Shown: positions 12,762 through 23,481 of the stretch, piece by piece
How the letters are laid out: each line of letters starts with the position of its first letter
Position numbering within the stretch: the stretch's first letter is position 1
NCBI GenBank assembly: GCA_905178155.1
Contig: CAJINV010000011.1
Location: 1,633,216 to 1,697,215 of the forward strand
DNA from: Amoebophrya sp. A120
Lineage: Eukaryota; Protista; Dinoflagellata
Direction of reading: 5' to 3'
DNA: 64,000 nt
The notes under the pieces: model-generated
The model's database searches: none
What the model was told of the DNA's origin: nothing
What the model saw: only the letters and a program-made list of their open reading frames with translations
Position numbers and translations under genes: made by a program

Positions 12762-13616
12762 AAGAGACTGAGAATCTACTCCTTATGTAGTTTTTTTGAA
12801 GCACGACTCGCTGGAAGCGCGGGCGTGTCTTTTGTATTGTTGTACTTATTAGTTGTTGCTGTTGGACGATTAAGATGATGTTTTTTTTTGCGATCGATAC
12901 TGGTATTGCTGCGGTGCTGACTCTAGCTCAGTACATTGTGTTTCGCGCTGTCCCGGTAGAGTAAGGAGGGGCTAGTACACACATGAAAAATATGGACAGC
13001 ACCTACTACAACTACTGTTCAGCGACTGTAGAAGTGCTGGAATAGGCTTGTATAAATGCAAACTACGTAGGTTTTCTGCATTTTTTTGCTGAAATGGACA
13101 CGTCGACTGTGACCGATCGTGAAACTCAAAGCTATGTGAATTTCATCTGCTCCTTCCGCTAGGTCGTGAAGAAGCGCAGTCTGAGGCAAGGCAATCAGTG
13201 TATGACGTGCAGCCAGGAGGAGCACAAGCTTGAGCCTTAGTGCCACCACCGTAGGGGTGGACGATAACAAGCAAGGTTTCAGTCGTGTAGATCAGGAGCA
13301 CGTCGCCTTTTATGAAGAAAATCATTTTCAAATCGCTACTATCGGGTACTGTCTTCTGATAAACCTTTTTCAGCTACCCCGCAGCACTACCTAGTACAAG
13401 TACAGCCTAGTACAATCTGGACCGTTAAAAAAATGTCAATGTGAGGCTGTAGCCCTTGTCTGTTGTATCAACCGAGCGCATTACATCAATCTTGTTGGTT
13501 GTATCCCGACTACCCTTTAACGTGAATACTTATTTGTTCCTCGTACACCCTCCGAAATAGTAATAGACGCACTATGATCCAACACTCTAGTGAATGAAAA
13601 ACCCGCACCCGCGACG

Positions 13617-16440
13617 ATGTTGACTTGGTACAACAAGCTGCTTCTCTTGCTGCGTCAGCTAGCGCTCTTCGTGGGTACTATCGTCATCCTCGAGCAGCCA
13701 TGTGGCTGCCAAAAAGCGTTAGCCTGTCGTCTCGCTATCTACGCAGGGCAGGAGCGGGAAGAGACGGCATCCGCGCTGTTTCTCGGTGGTCCGGAGCGCC
13801 CCAACGCGTTGGACCAGCAAGCCAATGCGAGGACGGTGGCGTTTCTGTATAGAGTTTGTGGCTTTGCACTTACTGTTCGGTGCTCGTTTTCTAAGTTTTT
13901 CATTCTGCATCTACTTATTCTTACACGAAGGAGCACCTCATGGAAATAAAATAAATCTGCAACTACACATTGTCAGTGGCGACGCGCCCGACAGCTTATT
14001 TTGGGACCCGGCGTTGTTCTTCCAGCGCAATCACGCGGTGAACCATATGGCGTTCTCAAACGTTACATTCTCAACTGTTACATGATTTGCCATGTAAAAC
14101 TCTCATCAATATCACCATCATCAAGCTGCTTCGCATGGATGACAAATTTTCGAAGGGCTCAAGAGCATCCTAATCTGTGCCGAACCTGTAAACAAAAGGC
14201 GTAATCTTCACCCTTGCACTTTTGCCAGTCTTACATTACAAATTCGTGTAACAGTTGAGAATGTAACGTTTGAGAACGCCATAAACCAAGACGGTTGGGG
14301 CGTCGGGTGGTACAGCAAGCGGAATGCCGCGAAGCGCTACCGCGACTGGGAGCCCGCGGTGGACGTCCAGCGGCACATCCACGAGGAGGCGGCGTCCTAT
14401 TTTTCGGACGCGCCCCCGGAAAAGAGCATCGTGTACACCAACCGCACGAATTCTGAACTAACGGCCTTCTCGCAAAACATCAAGAGTCCCGTATCAATTG
14501 TAAAAATGTCTGGGTCTGGAAGAATGGAAGGTTTGTCATGCTTGTCTGGCATGACCCATGGTGCTTGTAATGCATGACCCAGCATCACAGATTTTTGGAA
14601 AGCTTCCTGATGCCATTTCCGCATGACAAATGCCCTCCTCGCGTAGCACAAATGTGGCTCCTCTTGCTGGTCATGCATACAGATTTTTTTAGAGTCCAGA
14701 GTTAGCATCACAAGTTCCAACTTTCCAGACCCAGACATTTTTACATTTGATATCCCGTGCTTTTCGGCCATTTGAGAGCATCGTCAAAAGGAGCTGGAGC
14801 TGCCGCTAGTACTTCTTCCCAAGAAGATAACCCAGGTGCAACCTCGCAGCCTGTCGGAGATTTGCAACGGGTCAATACCCACCCCTTTGTGTACAACGGC
14901 ATCCTTTGGATGCACAATGGCAGCTTGCCCAAGCACGTCATGGATCAGCTAAAATCCCGGCTGCTCTGTGAGCCGATGCGCGCCAATTTGGTGAACGGAG
15001 ACACGGACTCCGAGCACTTGGGCGCCTATGAAAGCGTCAGAATGGAAATCCTCAAAGTGGAAATAATTTGTGATGCATGAAATGCAAGGCGAAAAGGCAA
15101 TATTGCAGAGGACGCACTGGAGGCCGACTATTGTCCTACTGGGGGGTAAGAATTGGAGTGCTGCTTAGCACGACAGAAGGGCACCCCCTTGCCTTGACCT
15201 GCATGACAGACATGATTTGAGTGCCCGGGAAATTTGTCATGCGCCGGCTACAAATAATGGCGCTTCAACTGGAGTCGTTTTTTTGCATTACAAATTATTT
15301 CCACCTTGAGGATTTCCAACCTGAGGCTTTCATAGCGCCTACTTTGTCCAGGAATTGATCCAGAACGACCAGACCAAAGAGCCCACAGTGGAGAACTTCT
15401 GCGCACCACGCGGCAGTCCGGCGTTCACACCGACGACCACGACAACGACAACGACTACCACCACGACCACGACGACGTCCAGCAGTGAAACGGAAGCTCC
15501 TTCTCAGGAAGTAGACGCAGCAGAGGCTGCTGGTGGTGGGGATGGCGCAACAGAGACTACTACGCTAGCACCAGAAGTGGCAGCAGACGCTGCTACCGCT
15601 GCTCCCACGCCAGACCCCGCGACCCTTGCGGCAATAAAAGAGATCGAGGACGCAGCGAAGGTAAACACTTTCTACACCGTTTTTGAGCTGGTCACGGCGT
15701 TGCGAAACACGTTGCGCACCATCGTGGAAGTCGGCGGTCCGGAGGCCAGCAGCATCAACCTCGGCGTGTCCGATGGAAATACGGTTTTGGCATCGAGGTT
15801 TGTCGTGTTGGAATTTCTGATATGTACTGCAGAGTTACTTGTTAGAAATAGAATATACAAGAGGAGCCATAGTCACAGTGACAATTGAAGTACATGGTTC
15901 TGACATGAATTTGTTGTTCCTGTACTCAGTCTTGTGGACGAGTACTCACAGTTTCCCGGATGAAAAAATTGTCGAAACAGGTTTCGCACCGCCGACAACG
16001 AAGACCCTCCATCGCTCTACTACGCGCGAACCAAAAATGCCGTTTGGATAGCCTCCGAGCCGCTGGATGCGCCTCTGCCGTTTTCCGACTGGGTAACGAC
16101 GCCGGCGAAGAAGAAAAACGAGGCCGACACCATCGAGCCCCAACTCGCGTACGACTACGACGACTTGAGCGGCAGTGTGGTGGTGGAAGGCAGTTTATAC
16201 TCCCCCGAGTACGGAACGGAACCAAGAATCTGGCAGTCGCTGGCCAAAGACGAGCTGCTCATTTACGAGCGGAGCACCGACACACTCAAGTTTGAGTGCC
16301 TGTCCGCAGCCTGCGAGCTGGATAAGAGGGAGCGGAAAAAGAAGAGAAAAAAACGCATGCTGAACGGACTCAGCGTCTTTTCGCCGAAACGAATTTATAA
16401 CTCGCTCTTCGGAGACCGGCCGGGGGCGGACGACCTGTAG
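13617..16440 (+). CDS. Class II glutamine amidotransferase-like Ntn hydrolase (EgtC/Dug3 type) with N-terminal leader and Thr-rich insert, ~562 aa
   Basis: CRLAIYAG, NQDGWGVGWY, FGHLRA, NTHPF, WMHNG, GDTDSEH, PPSLYY, IASEPL; GT-AG introns 13847-13976 and 15798-15980 plus 3 introners; spliced length 1689 nt. Confidence 0.88.
14046..14283. mobile_element. Introner, singleton, perfect 37-nt TIR
   Basis: AACCA DR; TATGGCGTTCTCAAACGTTACATTCTCAACTGTTACA and its exact reverse complement; restores NQDGWG. Confidence 0.95.
14492..14752. mobile_element. Introner family A
   Basis: TCCCG DR; family A TIR; restores KSPVLFGHLR. Confidence 0.92.
15027..15334. mobile_element. Introner family C
   Basis: GCGCC DR; GGAAATCCTCAAAGTGGAAATAATTTGT / ACAAATTATTTCCACCTTGAGGATTTCC; restores SEHLGAYFVQ. 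Confidence 0.92.
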
Positions 16441-17341
16441 ATTGATGCATGTCCACCGTAGGGGTTCGTTGTAGCAGCGGAAATGAGGATGGACGCCACT
16501 GCAGTAGATACAATGACGCGTGTCCACTGTCCACTTTCTTAGCCCCATATGGAGTTTTTTATCCCCTGCTTCCTCGAGCTCAAGCCGGGTTCAAAACTGC
16601 GCGCACGCATGAAATTCCTGTTCTTCTTCACGAGAAAATCAAAATACAAAAATGCAGCTCCATTGTTTAGAGCACCGTAAACGCACGAGAGGAGCAAGAT
16701 TCCAGGTACAAGCATCTCACATGGCAAAACCTTTGTTCAGCTGCATGATTTTGATTGCACTTCTTCCACAGACTCTGGTTCGTGCTAAGTACCAACTGCA
16801 CACCTGGTGCAGTGGTAACAAAGTAATTCGTGATGATCGTCCTCCCAACCCGGGGGCGGCTCGTCTTCAAACCCGTATGACAATGCCATCATGATCGTCC
16901 TTTCGTCCGTGGTACTAAAGGTAAGTATACTTTTTACTCGTCACAGCCGCGGTCGTTCCAACCTCAAATTTTTCGTGTGGTGAAAGGAATGATATTTCTT
17001 CGTTTCGTGCACTCGTTTTTCTACTGGTGTTTTTTTCTCTGTTTCCTTCGTCCACTTGCTTTTTGGTTCTCATATTCATTCTCATTGTCTTTTTCACAGG
17101 TCCCGTTTACCCCCAGTGACAGCAGATAATCGCACTCAGGGAAACTACATCTTGTATCTGTCAGAGTCAGTATACGCCGGTGGATACAAGTTTACTTACT
17201 TCCATCGTTCTGTTGTAGTGGAACAAGCAACCGCTATTGATACTTCACCCAAATCATAATATGTAGTGCATATCATTGTATTTTTTGATTCTAACATCAG
17301 TACAGTGGTGGAAACGCGGTTCTTGCGCTTTGTTGTCAAAA

Positions 17342-18970
17342 ATGACGCAGATGACGCTCCTCCAGCGCCAACACCGCCGCGTGGGAACACACGTAAACGA
17401 CCATAAGAGTCGTGCCGCCAACATTGCGTTGCTCGTCTGTAGTTTCGGCTCTCCGAGTTGTCAACCAGCTGCGGCCTTGCAAACGGAAGGGAGAAGGCTA
17501 AGAACTACAGCAACACCAGCGGTCGGGAAAAAAGATGACGACCAGCAAATGATAGGCACGGAGAACAAGAACGCGGCATCCACGTCCCCCTTCTCCTTGC
17601 TCCGTCGCAGGAAACATCTGCTCAACAAGAATACCAAATTTGCCTCCTCGACTGACAACACCCCGTCAGAAGTGTCAGCCCCGTGCGACGGCTCGTCCTT
17701 TTGCGTCGGTCAACGCCTTGCAGTTGATGTACCGGACGTAAAAACATTAACAAGGACCACCAATTCCAATTCGCAGCAATATGGTGGCGCTAGTAATACT
17801 ACAAATCCCAACCAAGGTCTCCTGTCCGCGACAGAAGAGCTTGCGACTTCTACGCAGAGTGCCTACGCCGGAATCCCTAGTCGCTACACGCTCGCGCTCG
17901 ACTGTCCTGGGTCGGACCGGGAGAAATTTTTGAATTGCTTCCTCCCCTACAAGGACAGAGATCCGACGGAAGGCAATGTGGACTACCTGCGGGGCTGGGA
18001 CGAGTTTCGGAACGAGCTGATCACCGTCCAGGCAAACCCGACCAACCCGGCGAAGAAGCAGATCAGTATCGATTTCAAAACCGGCGCATTGAACGGCGCC
18101 GACAATCGCCCGGCGATCCGGCTCCACTCGAAACTGGGATTCGAGTATGGGTCGCTGTTTGTCGTCGATGTGGAGCGCATGCCCGCGCTGGACGGGGTGT
18201 GGCCGGCGTACTGGACCTGCCACAAGGGTGGTGTGATGGGTGGCAATTGGTATGGGACCGACCACGCGTATTGGCCGGGGTCCGGGGAATTTGACCTGAT
18301 GGAGCACGTCCACGGCTGGGGCATGGACCAGATGCGCACCACACTGCACACAGACTTCGAGCAAAAGTGCGAAGTGTCGATGGATACCGGCAGTCCGGGC
18401 AACCTCGGGCCGGCCGGACGGGATCTTAAGCTGAAGCGCGGCAACTGCGAGGGCTATGATGGATGCGGGGTTGACGCGAATCAGGTTCCGAACGGGCGCG
18501 GGTTCAACATTGCACGCGGTGGGTTGCACATCATGGCTGTCGAGGAAGATGCGGTTAAATTCTGGTGGGTGCCGCGCGACCAGGTCACCGATGCAAATTT
18601 CCCAGATGCGGACACGGCGCAGGGTGCGTTCTGGGAGCAGAAGCTGCAGCAAATCCAACCCTACGTGGTGTTCCCGCTGAATGACCAGAACTGTCCCGCG
18701 CGTGCGCTCTTCAAGACCCAAACCTTCATCATCAACACCACGTTTTGCGGCGCCTGGGCGGGCGCGGTGTATCAGCGCGGCGAAAAAGCTGGATGTGAGG
18801 CGCTCGTGCGGAGTGATATGTACGGAAAGCGGGGGCAGAAGAACGAAAAGGGTGAGGACCTGTGGGACCAGGAAGGTGGCATCGGCACGAATTTTGTGTT
18901 CAATTCTATCAAAATGTTCGCGAAAGATGGCAACAGCCCAGCCTGGGATCTTTCCAAGCCGTTGCGCTAG
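17342..18970 (+). CDS. GH16 endo-beta-1,3(4)-glucanase-like protein, copy 1, intronless
   Basis: WPAYW, GEFDLMEH (ExDxxE), GFNIARGG, IINTTFCGAWAG. Confidence 0.88.
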   Translation: MTQMTLLQRQHRRVGTHVNDHKSRAANIALLVCSFGSPSCQPAAALQTEGRRLRTTATPAVGKKDDDQQMIGTENKNAASTSPFSLLRRRKHLLNKNTKFASSTDNTPSEVSAPCDGSSFCVGQRLAVDVPDVKTLTRTTNSNSQQYGGASNTTNPNQGLLSATEELATSTQSAYAGIPSRYTLALDCPGSDREKFLNCFLPYKDRDPTEGNVDYLRGWDEFRNELITVQANPTNPAKKQISIDFKTGALNGADNRPAIRLHSKLGFEYGSLFVVDVERMPALDGVWPAYWTCHKGGVMGGNWYGTDHAYWPGSGEFDLMEHVHGWGMDQMRTTLHTDFEQKCEVSMDTGSPGNLGPAGRDLKLKRGNCEGYDGCGVDANQVPNGRGFNIARGGLHIMAVEEDAVKFWWVPRDQVTDANFPDADTAQGAFWEQKLQQIQPYVVFPLNDQNCPARALFKTQTFIINTTFCGAWAGAVYQRGEKAGCEALVRSDMYGKRGQKNEKGEDLWDQEGGIGTNFVFNSIKMFAKDGNSPAWDLSKPLR

Positions 18971-19251
18971 GAGACGAGGTGGAGAAACGTACATTGAGAC
19001 TCTTTTTTTTTGCATTACCCCCTCCGACCGCTCGCCGGTGCTTTAACTCCATCTGTAAATGTACGATCCTCAGTGTTGCTGTTGTTGCCGTGATCTTCAT
19101 CTTTTTACTATATTCGAATGCTTGTAAATTGTTGGTCATGTGATCTAAACCCTACCTCCGCGCAAGACTGAAGCTTCTATGAGATCCCGAAATGCCTGCT
19201 CTCCAAATGCAAATGATGAAGAATTTGAGCAAGTCGGGCTCTCTTGGTTCG

Positions 19252-19489
19252 GATTTTATCAAGGACCGGCGACCCTGGTAAAATCTTTACCAGGGACCCG
19301 GGTCCCAGATGAAATCCCTACGCAGGCTCCCACGGTACCGATTTGACCGATCCCAGAATGGTCCAGATCCTAGCCAAATCCTGGCTGATGACTTTATGCA
19401 TCGAGGACCGTCGTCCTAGATCAAAACTTTATCAAGGAGCTCCGACCTAGATAAAAACTTTACCAGGGACCTCCGTCCCTGATAAAATC
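19252..19489. repeat. Five palindromic ~31-nt units (11-13 nt arms, 8-nt spacer) within an insert specific to copy 1
   Basis: TTTA(T/C)CA(A/G)GG-N8-CC(C/T)(T/A)G(A/G)TAAAA-like units at ~19254, 19286, 19397, 19428 and 19459. Confidence 0.8.
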
Positions 19490-20784
19490 GCGCCCATACA
19501 GAGTGGGAAGTAGGTCCCAGAATGGCTAGAGATCTGGAGCCTCAGAGCCTGTGATGAGTGGAGTGATGTCTATGATGAACCTTGATTGCTGAATCTTTAC
19601 AGGATGCAACGCAGCCAGAGGCTTTCGCCCTGTCTGCTGAGAGATTGGAGCGCTTTAACGTGTTAGAGACCTCTCGAAGGTAGAAGCTTTGGTCACTCAG
19701 TGTGGCAGGTGTGTTCAAAGTCCAGCATAAGCAGCGTTGTGCTATTTTTTTTTTTTCGATTTTTACAATTTAAACGATTGTGATATCGCTCTTTCGAAAC
19801 AAGCCCATGCCCAACTACAACTTCCACCCCGACGCATAGCAAATTCTGATCACAAGCAAGACGCTTCCCCAGCTTGCTCCCCCCCTTCCTGCAAGCGCAT
19901 CAATATCCAAGATGTGAGTTTACTATTTTTGGAACGGTGCGACGTAAAAGAAAAAGTGTAAATGCACCCTGCATTGATTTTTCGTCTTGGCCGCGGGCTC
20001 ATCTTCCTTCTATGTGAGTTCGTGGACCCTAAACCCTGGACAGAGCCGCGCATTCCACAAGAGCCACGCCTTCAACTAAGCCTGGTGGCCCACCGGCATA
20101 TAATATGCGAATGGTAGTACTGCTCGGTCGAGATTATCATATCTGCTCAAGTGGCCGCAATAAATGCAAAGATTTATTTCGAGCGACGTTGATCCTGTAG
20201 TCGCGCTCCTCGGACACGTCTTGTCTAGAGACAACATGAGAAGGATCCTACGCGGCCAAAAGGTGATCTGATCAGCAACGGATCATTTGTTTCAGCTGCA
20301 GCGCATCATACGTTGTAATAAACGACCTAGAGCTAAAGGGCGTACGTAGAGGATCATAGCCATCGTGATCGTCCTTTCGTCCGTGGTACTAAACGTAACA
20401 GACTTATACTCGTCACAACCGTGGTCGTTCCAACCTCAATTTTTTCGTGTGGTAAAAGGAATGATGTTTCTTCTTGTCGTGCACTCGTTTTTCTGTTGGT
20501 GTTTTTTTCTCTGTTTGCTTCGTCGACTTGCTTTTTGGTTTTCATATTCATTCTCATTGTCTTTTTCACAGGTCCCGTTTACACTTGTCCTCAGTGACAG
20601 CAGATAATCGCACTGAGGGAAATATCTTGTCGGATACAAGTTCAAATACTTCCATCGTTGGTTCTGTTGTAGTAGAACAAGCAACCGCTATTGATACTTC
20701 ACCCAAATCATAAACATAATACGTAGTGCATATTATTGTATTTTTCAACATCAGTACCTATATTGGTGACAACGCGGTTTCGCT

Positions 20785-22494
20785 ATGTTGTCAAAAATGA
20801 CGCAGATGACGCTCGTTCAACGCCAACGCCGCCGCGTGGGAAACGTAAACGACCACCGTAAGAGTCGTGCGACTGCCGTCAACATTGCGCTGCTTCTCTG
20901 TTTCGGCTCTGCGGCGTTGCAAACGGAAGCGAGCAGGCTAAGAACACCAAGACCAGCGCTCGGGCAAACAGTAGAGGACGAGCAGCAAATACGCACGGAG
21001 AACAACGGTCGACGCACATCCCAATTGTCGTTGCTCCGTCGCAGGAGACATCTGCTCGACGTCGAGAATGCCAACAAACTTGCCTCCTCGTCCAACAACG
21101 CACTGTCCCCCCCGTGTGACGGTTCGTCCTTTTGCGTCGGTCAACGCCTTGCAGCTAATTCACCACATGTAGAAACAGTAACAAGGACCACCATTTCGCA
21201 GCAAGGTGGTGGAGGTGGTGGTGCTATTCCTACAAATCGCAACCAAGGCCTCCTCTCCGCGACAGAAGAGCTTGCTACTCCTGGTGGTGCTAGTATTCCT
21301 ACAAATCCCAACCAAGGCCTCCTCTCCGCGACAGAAGAGCTTGCTACTCCGCTTCCGACTTCTACGCAGAGTGCCTACGCTCCGCTTGCGACTTCTACGC
21401 AGATTGACTACGCCGGAATCCCGAGTCGCTACACGCTCGCGCTCGATTGTCCAGGGTCGGACCGGGAGAAATTTTTAGATTGCTTCGTGCCCTACAAGGA
21501 CAGAGATCCGACGGAAGGCAATGTTGACTACATTCGGGGGTGGGACGAGTTTCGCGACGAGCTGATCACCGTCCAGGCAAACCCGACGAACCCGGCGAAG
21601 AAGCAGATCAGTATCGATTTCAAAACCGGCGCGTTGAACGGCGCCGACAATCGCCCGGCGATCCGGCTCCACTCGAAGCTGGGGTTCGAGTATGGGTCGT
21701 TGTTTGTCGTGGATGTGGAGCGCATGCCCGCGCTAGACGGGGTGTGGCCGGCGTACTGGACCTGCCACAAGGGTGGGGTGTGGGGTGGCAATTGGCCGGG
21801 GTCCGGGGAATTTGACTTGATGGAGCACATCCACGGCCGGCGCATGGACCAGATGCGCACCACACTGCACACAGACTTCGACCAGAAATGCGAAGTGTCG
21901 ATGGATGCCGGGAGTCCGGGCAACCTCGGGCCGGCTGGAACCAGGGACCTGCGGCTGCAGCGCGGAAACTGCGAGGGCTACGAGGGATGCGAAGTAGACG
22001 CGAATCAGGTTCCGAACGGGCGCGGATTCAACATTGCGCGCGGTGGGCTGCACATCATGGCAGTCGAGGAAGATGCGGTTAAATTCTGGTGGGTGCCGCG
22101 TGACCAGGTCACCGATGCAAATTTCCCAGATGCGGACACGGCGCAGGGTGCGTTCTGGGAGCAGAAGCTGCAGCAAATCCAACCCTACGTGGTTTTTCCG
22201 CTGAATCACCAGAACTGTCCTTCGCGTGCGCTCTTCAAGACCCAAACCTTGATCATCAACACCACCTTTTGCGGCACCTGGGCGGGCGAGGAGTATCAGC
22301 GCGGCGGACTCGCGGCCTGTGAGGCGCTCGTGCGGAGTGACCTGTACGGAAAGCCGGAGCAGAAGAACGAAAAGGGTGAGGACCTGTGGGACCAGGAGGG
22401 GGGTATTCGCACGAATTTTGTGTTCAATTCCATCAAAATGTTCGCGAAAGATGACAACAGCCCAGCCTGGGATCTTTCCAAGCCGTTGCGCTAG
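20785..22494 (+). CDS. GH16 endo-beta-1,3(4)-glucanase-like protein, copy 2, intronless
   Basis: Same motifs as copy 1; internal duplication IPTN(R/P)NQGLLSATEELATP x2. Confidence 0.88.
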   Translation: MLSKMTQMTLVQRQRRRVGNVNDHRKSRATAVNIALLLCFGSAALQTEASRLRTPRPALGQTVEDEQQIRTENNGRRTSQLSLLRRRRHLLDVENANKLASSSNNALSPPCDGSSFCVGQRLAANSPHVETVTRTTISQQGGGGGGAIPTNRNQGLLSATEELATPGGASIPTNPNQGLLSATEELATPLPTSTQSAYAPLATSTQIDYAGIPSRYTLALDCPGSDREKFLDCFVPYKDRDPTEGNVDYIRGWDEFRDELITVQANPTNPAKKQISIDFKTGALNGADNRPAIRLHSKLGFEYGSLFVVDVERMPALDGVWPAYWTCHKGGVWGGNWPGSGEFDLMEHIHGRRMDQMRTTLHTDFDQKCEVSMDAGSPGNLGPAGTRDLRLQRGNCEGYEGCEVDANQVPNGRGFNIARGGLHIMAVEEDAVKFWWVPRDQVTDANFPDADTAQGAFWEQKLQQIQPYVVFPLNHQNCPSRALFKTQTLIINTTFCGTWAGEEYQRGGLAACEALVRSDLYGKPEQKNEKGEDLWDQEGGIRTNFVFNSIKMFAKDDNSPAWDLSKPLR

Positions 22495-23481
22495 GAGACG
22501 AGGAGAAACGTGCAGTGAGGTTTCTTTCCCTCGTATTGTACTATTTTTTTCGATCATTACAACTTGAACTTTCACGACCCTTTGCCTTTTTTTCGAAACA
22601 AGCCCAAGGACTACAACTCCCACCCTGACGCATCGAATTCCGATCACACGACGCTCCCCCGTCATAATCACCCCCTTCCTGCAGGCACAAAAATGCGATT
22701 GACTTTCAGAACTCTTGCAACGTAAAAGCGTAAATGGTGGTGCTCACGACCACATTTTTCATCTTGCCCACGGTGTCCATTTTTGTTGATGCTGCTCCTG
22801 TTGCGCTCCACGGGTCTCCGACCTATGTTGATCCTACTCCTATTGCGCTCCTACACGAGTACGCTCTGTGTGGACATGAGAAGGATCCTACATGATTGCC
22901 ACAAGTCGATCTGATCAGCCACGTATCTATCTGTTGACTCTCCTGCGGCGTATGTGTGCCCAACCTAGAACCTTTAGAGGTAGAGGATCAAAGCGAGCAA
23001 AAACTACCTAGAAGATCAGCGCAACGCCGATGAAACATTGGATCCAAGCGAAGAACTCGTGCTTCGATCAAGTAGCAGCGTGCGTCGACTTGCCTTTTCG
23101 ATTTCCATTCCAACAATTGATGCCTATCAACTTCTGCGTTCGCTACAACTTTTTTGCAAACTTGATGTATGAGTTTGATGTCTTCGTTGCAGAATTTGAT
23201 GCTTTGGCGCATCGCGAACACCTCCTGGCACTTGCTGAAAACTCCAAGGGGAAGACGTTCTTGTATACTCATTTCTACTCATGCGTTTTTTTTTTTTTTG
23301 AGAACGTGTATGGCACTTATTTACCGCCGGCGTCAATTATCTAGTAGCGCCGTCAGAATTTATTTGCACATTCTACTCCAAACTTGATTGAAGAACGTTG
23401 CAGAAATCCACTTTCTGAAATCACCTGTTTGTCCGAGAAAAGAAAAATTAAAATAAATCAGAGCAGCACTAGCACACAAAA

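Larger units (their letters stand above)
16885..22990. repeat. Tandem segmental duplication (units ~16885-20356 and ~20359-22990)
   Basis: Shared blocks GATCGTCCTTTCGTCCGTGGTACTAAA, the GH16 CDS, TTCGAAACAAGCCCA, ACATGAGAAGGATCCTAC and GTAGAGGATCA occur in the same order in both units. Confidence 0.9.

Noticed and set aside
19252-19489. CRISPR array
   Set aside because: Variable parts are only 8 nt and similar to each other; no cas genes; eukaryotic context
17747-22671. Long minus-strand ORFs over the GH16 genes (also 55000-57171 and 61828-62379)
   Set aside because: Antisense shadows of GC-rich coding sequence with no motifs
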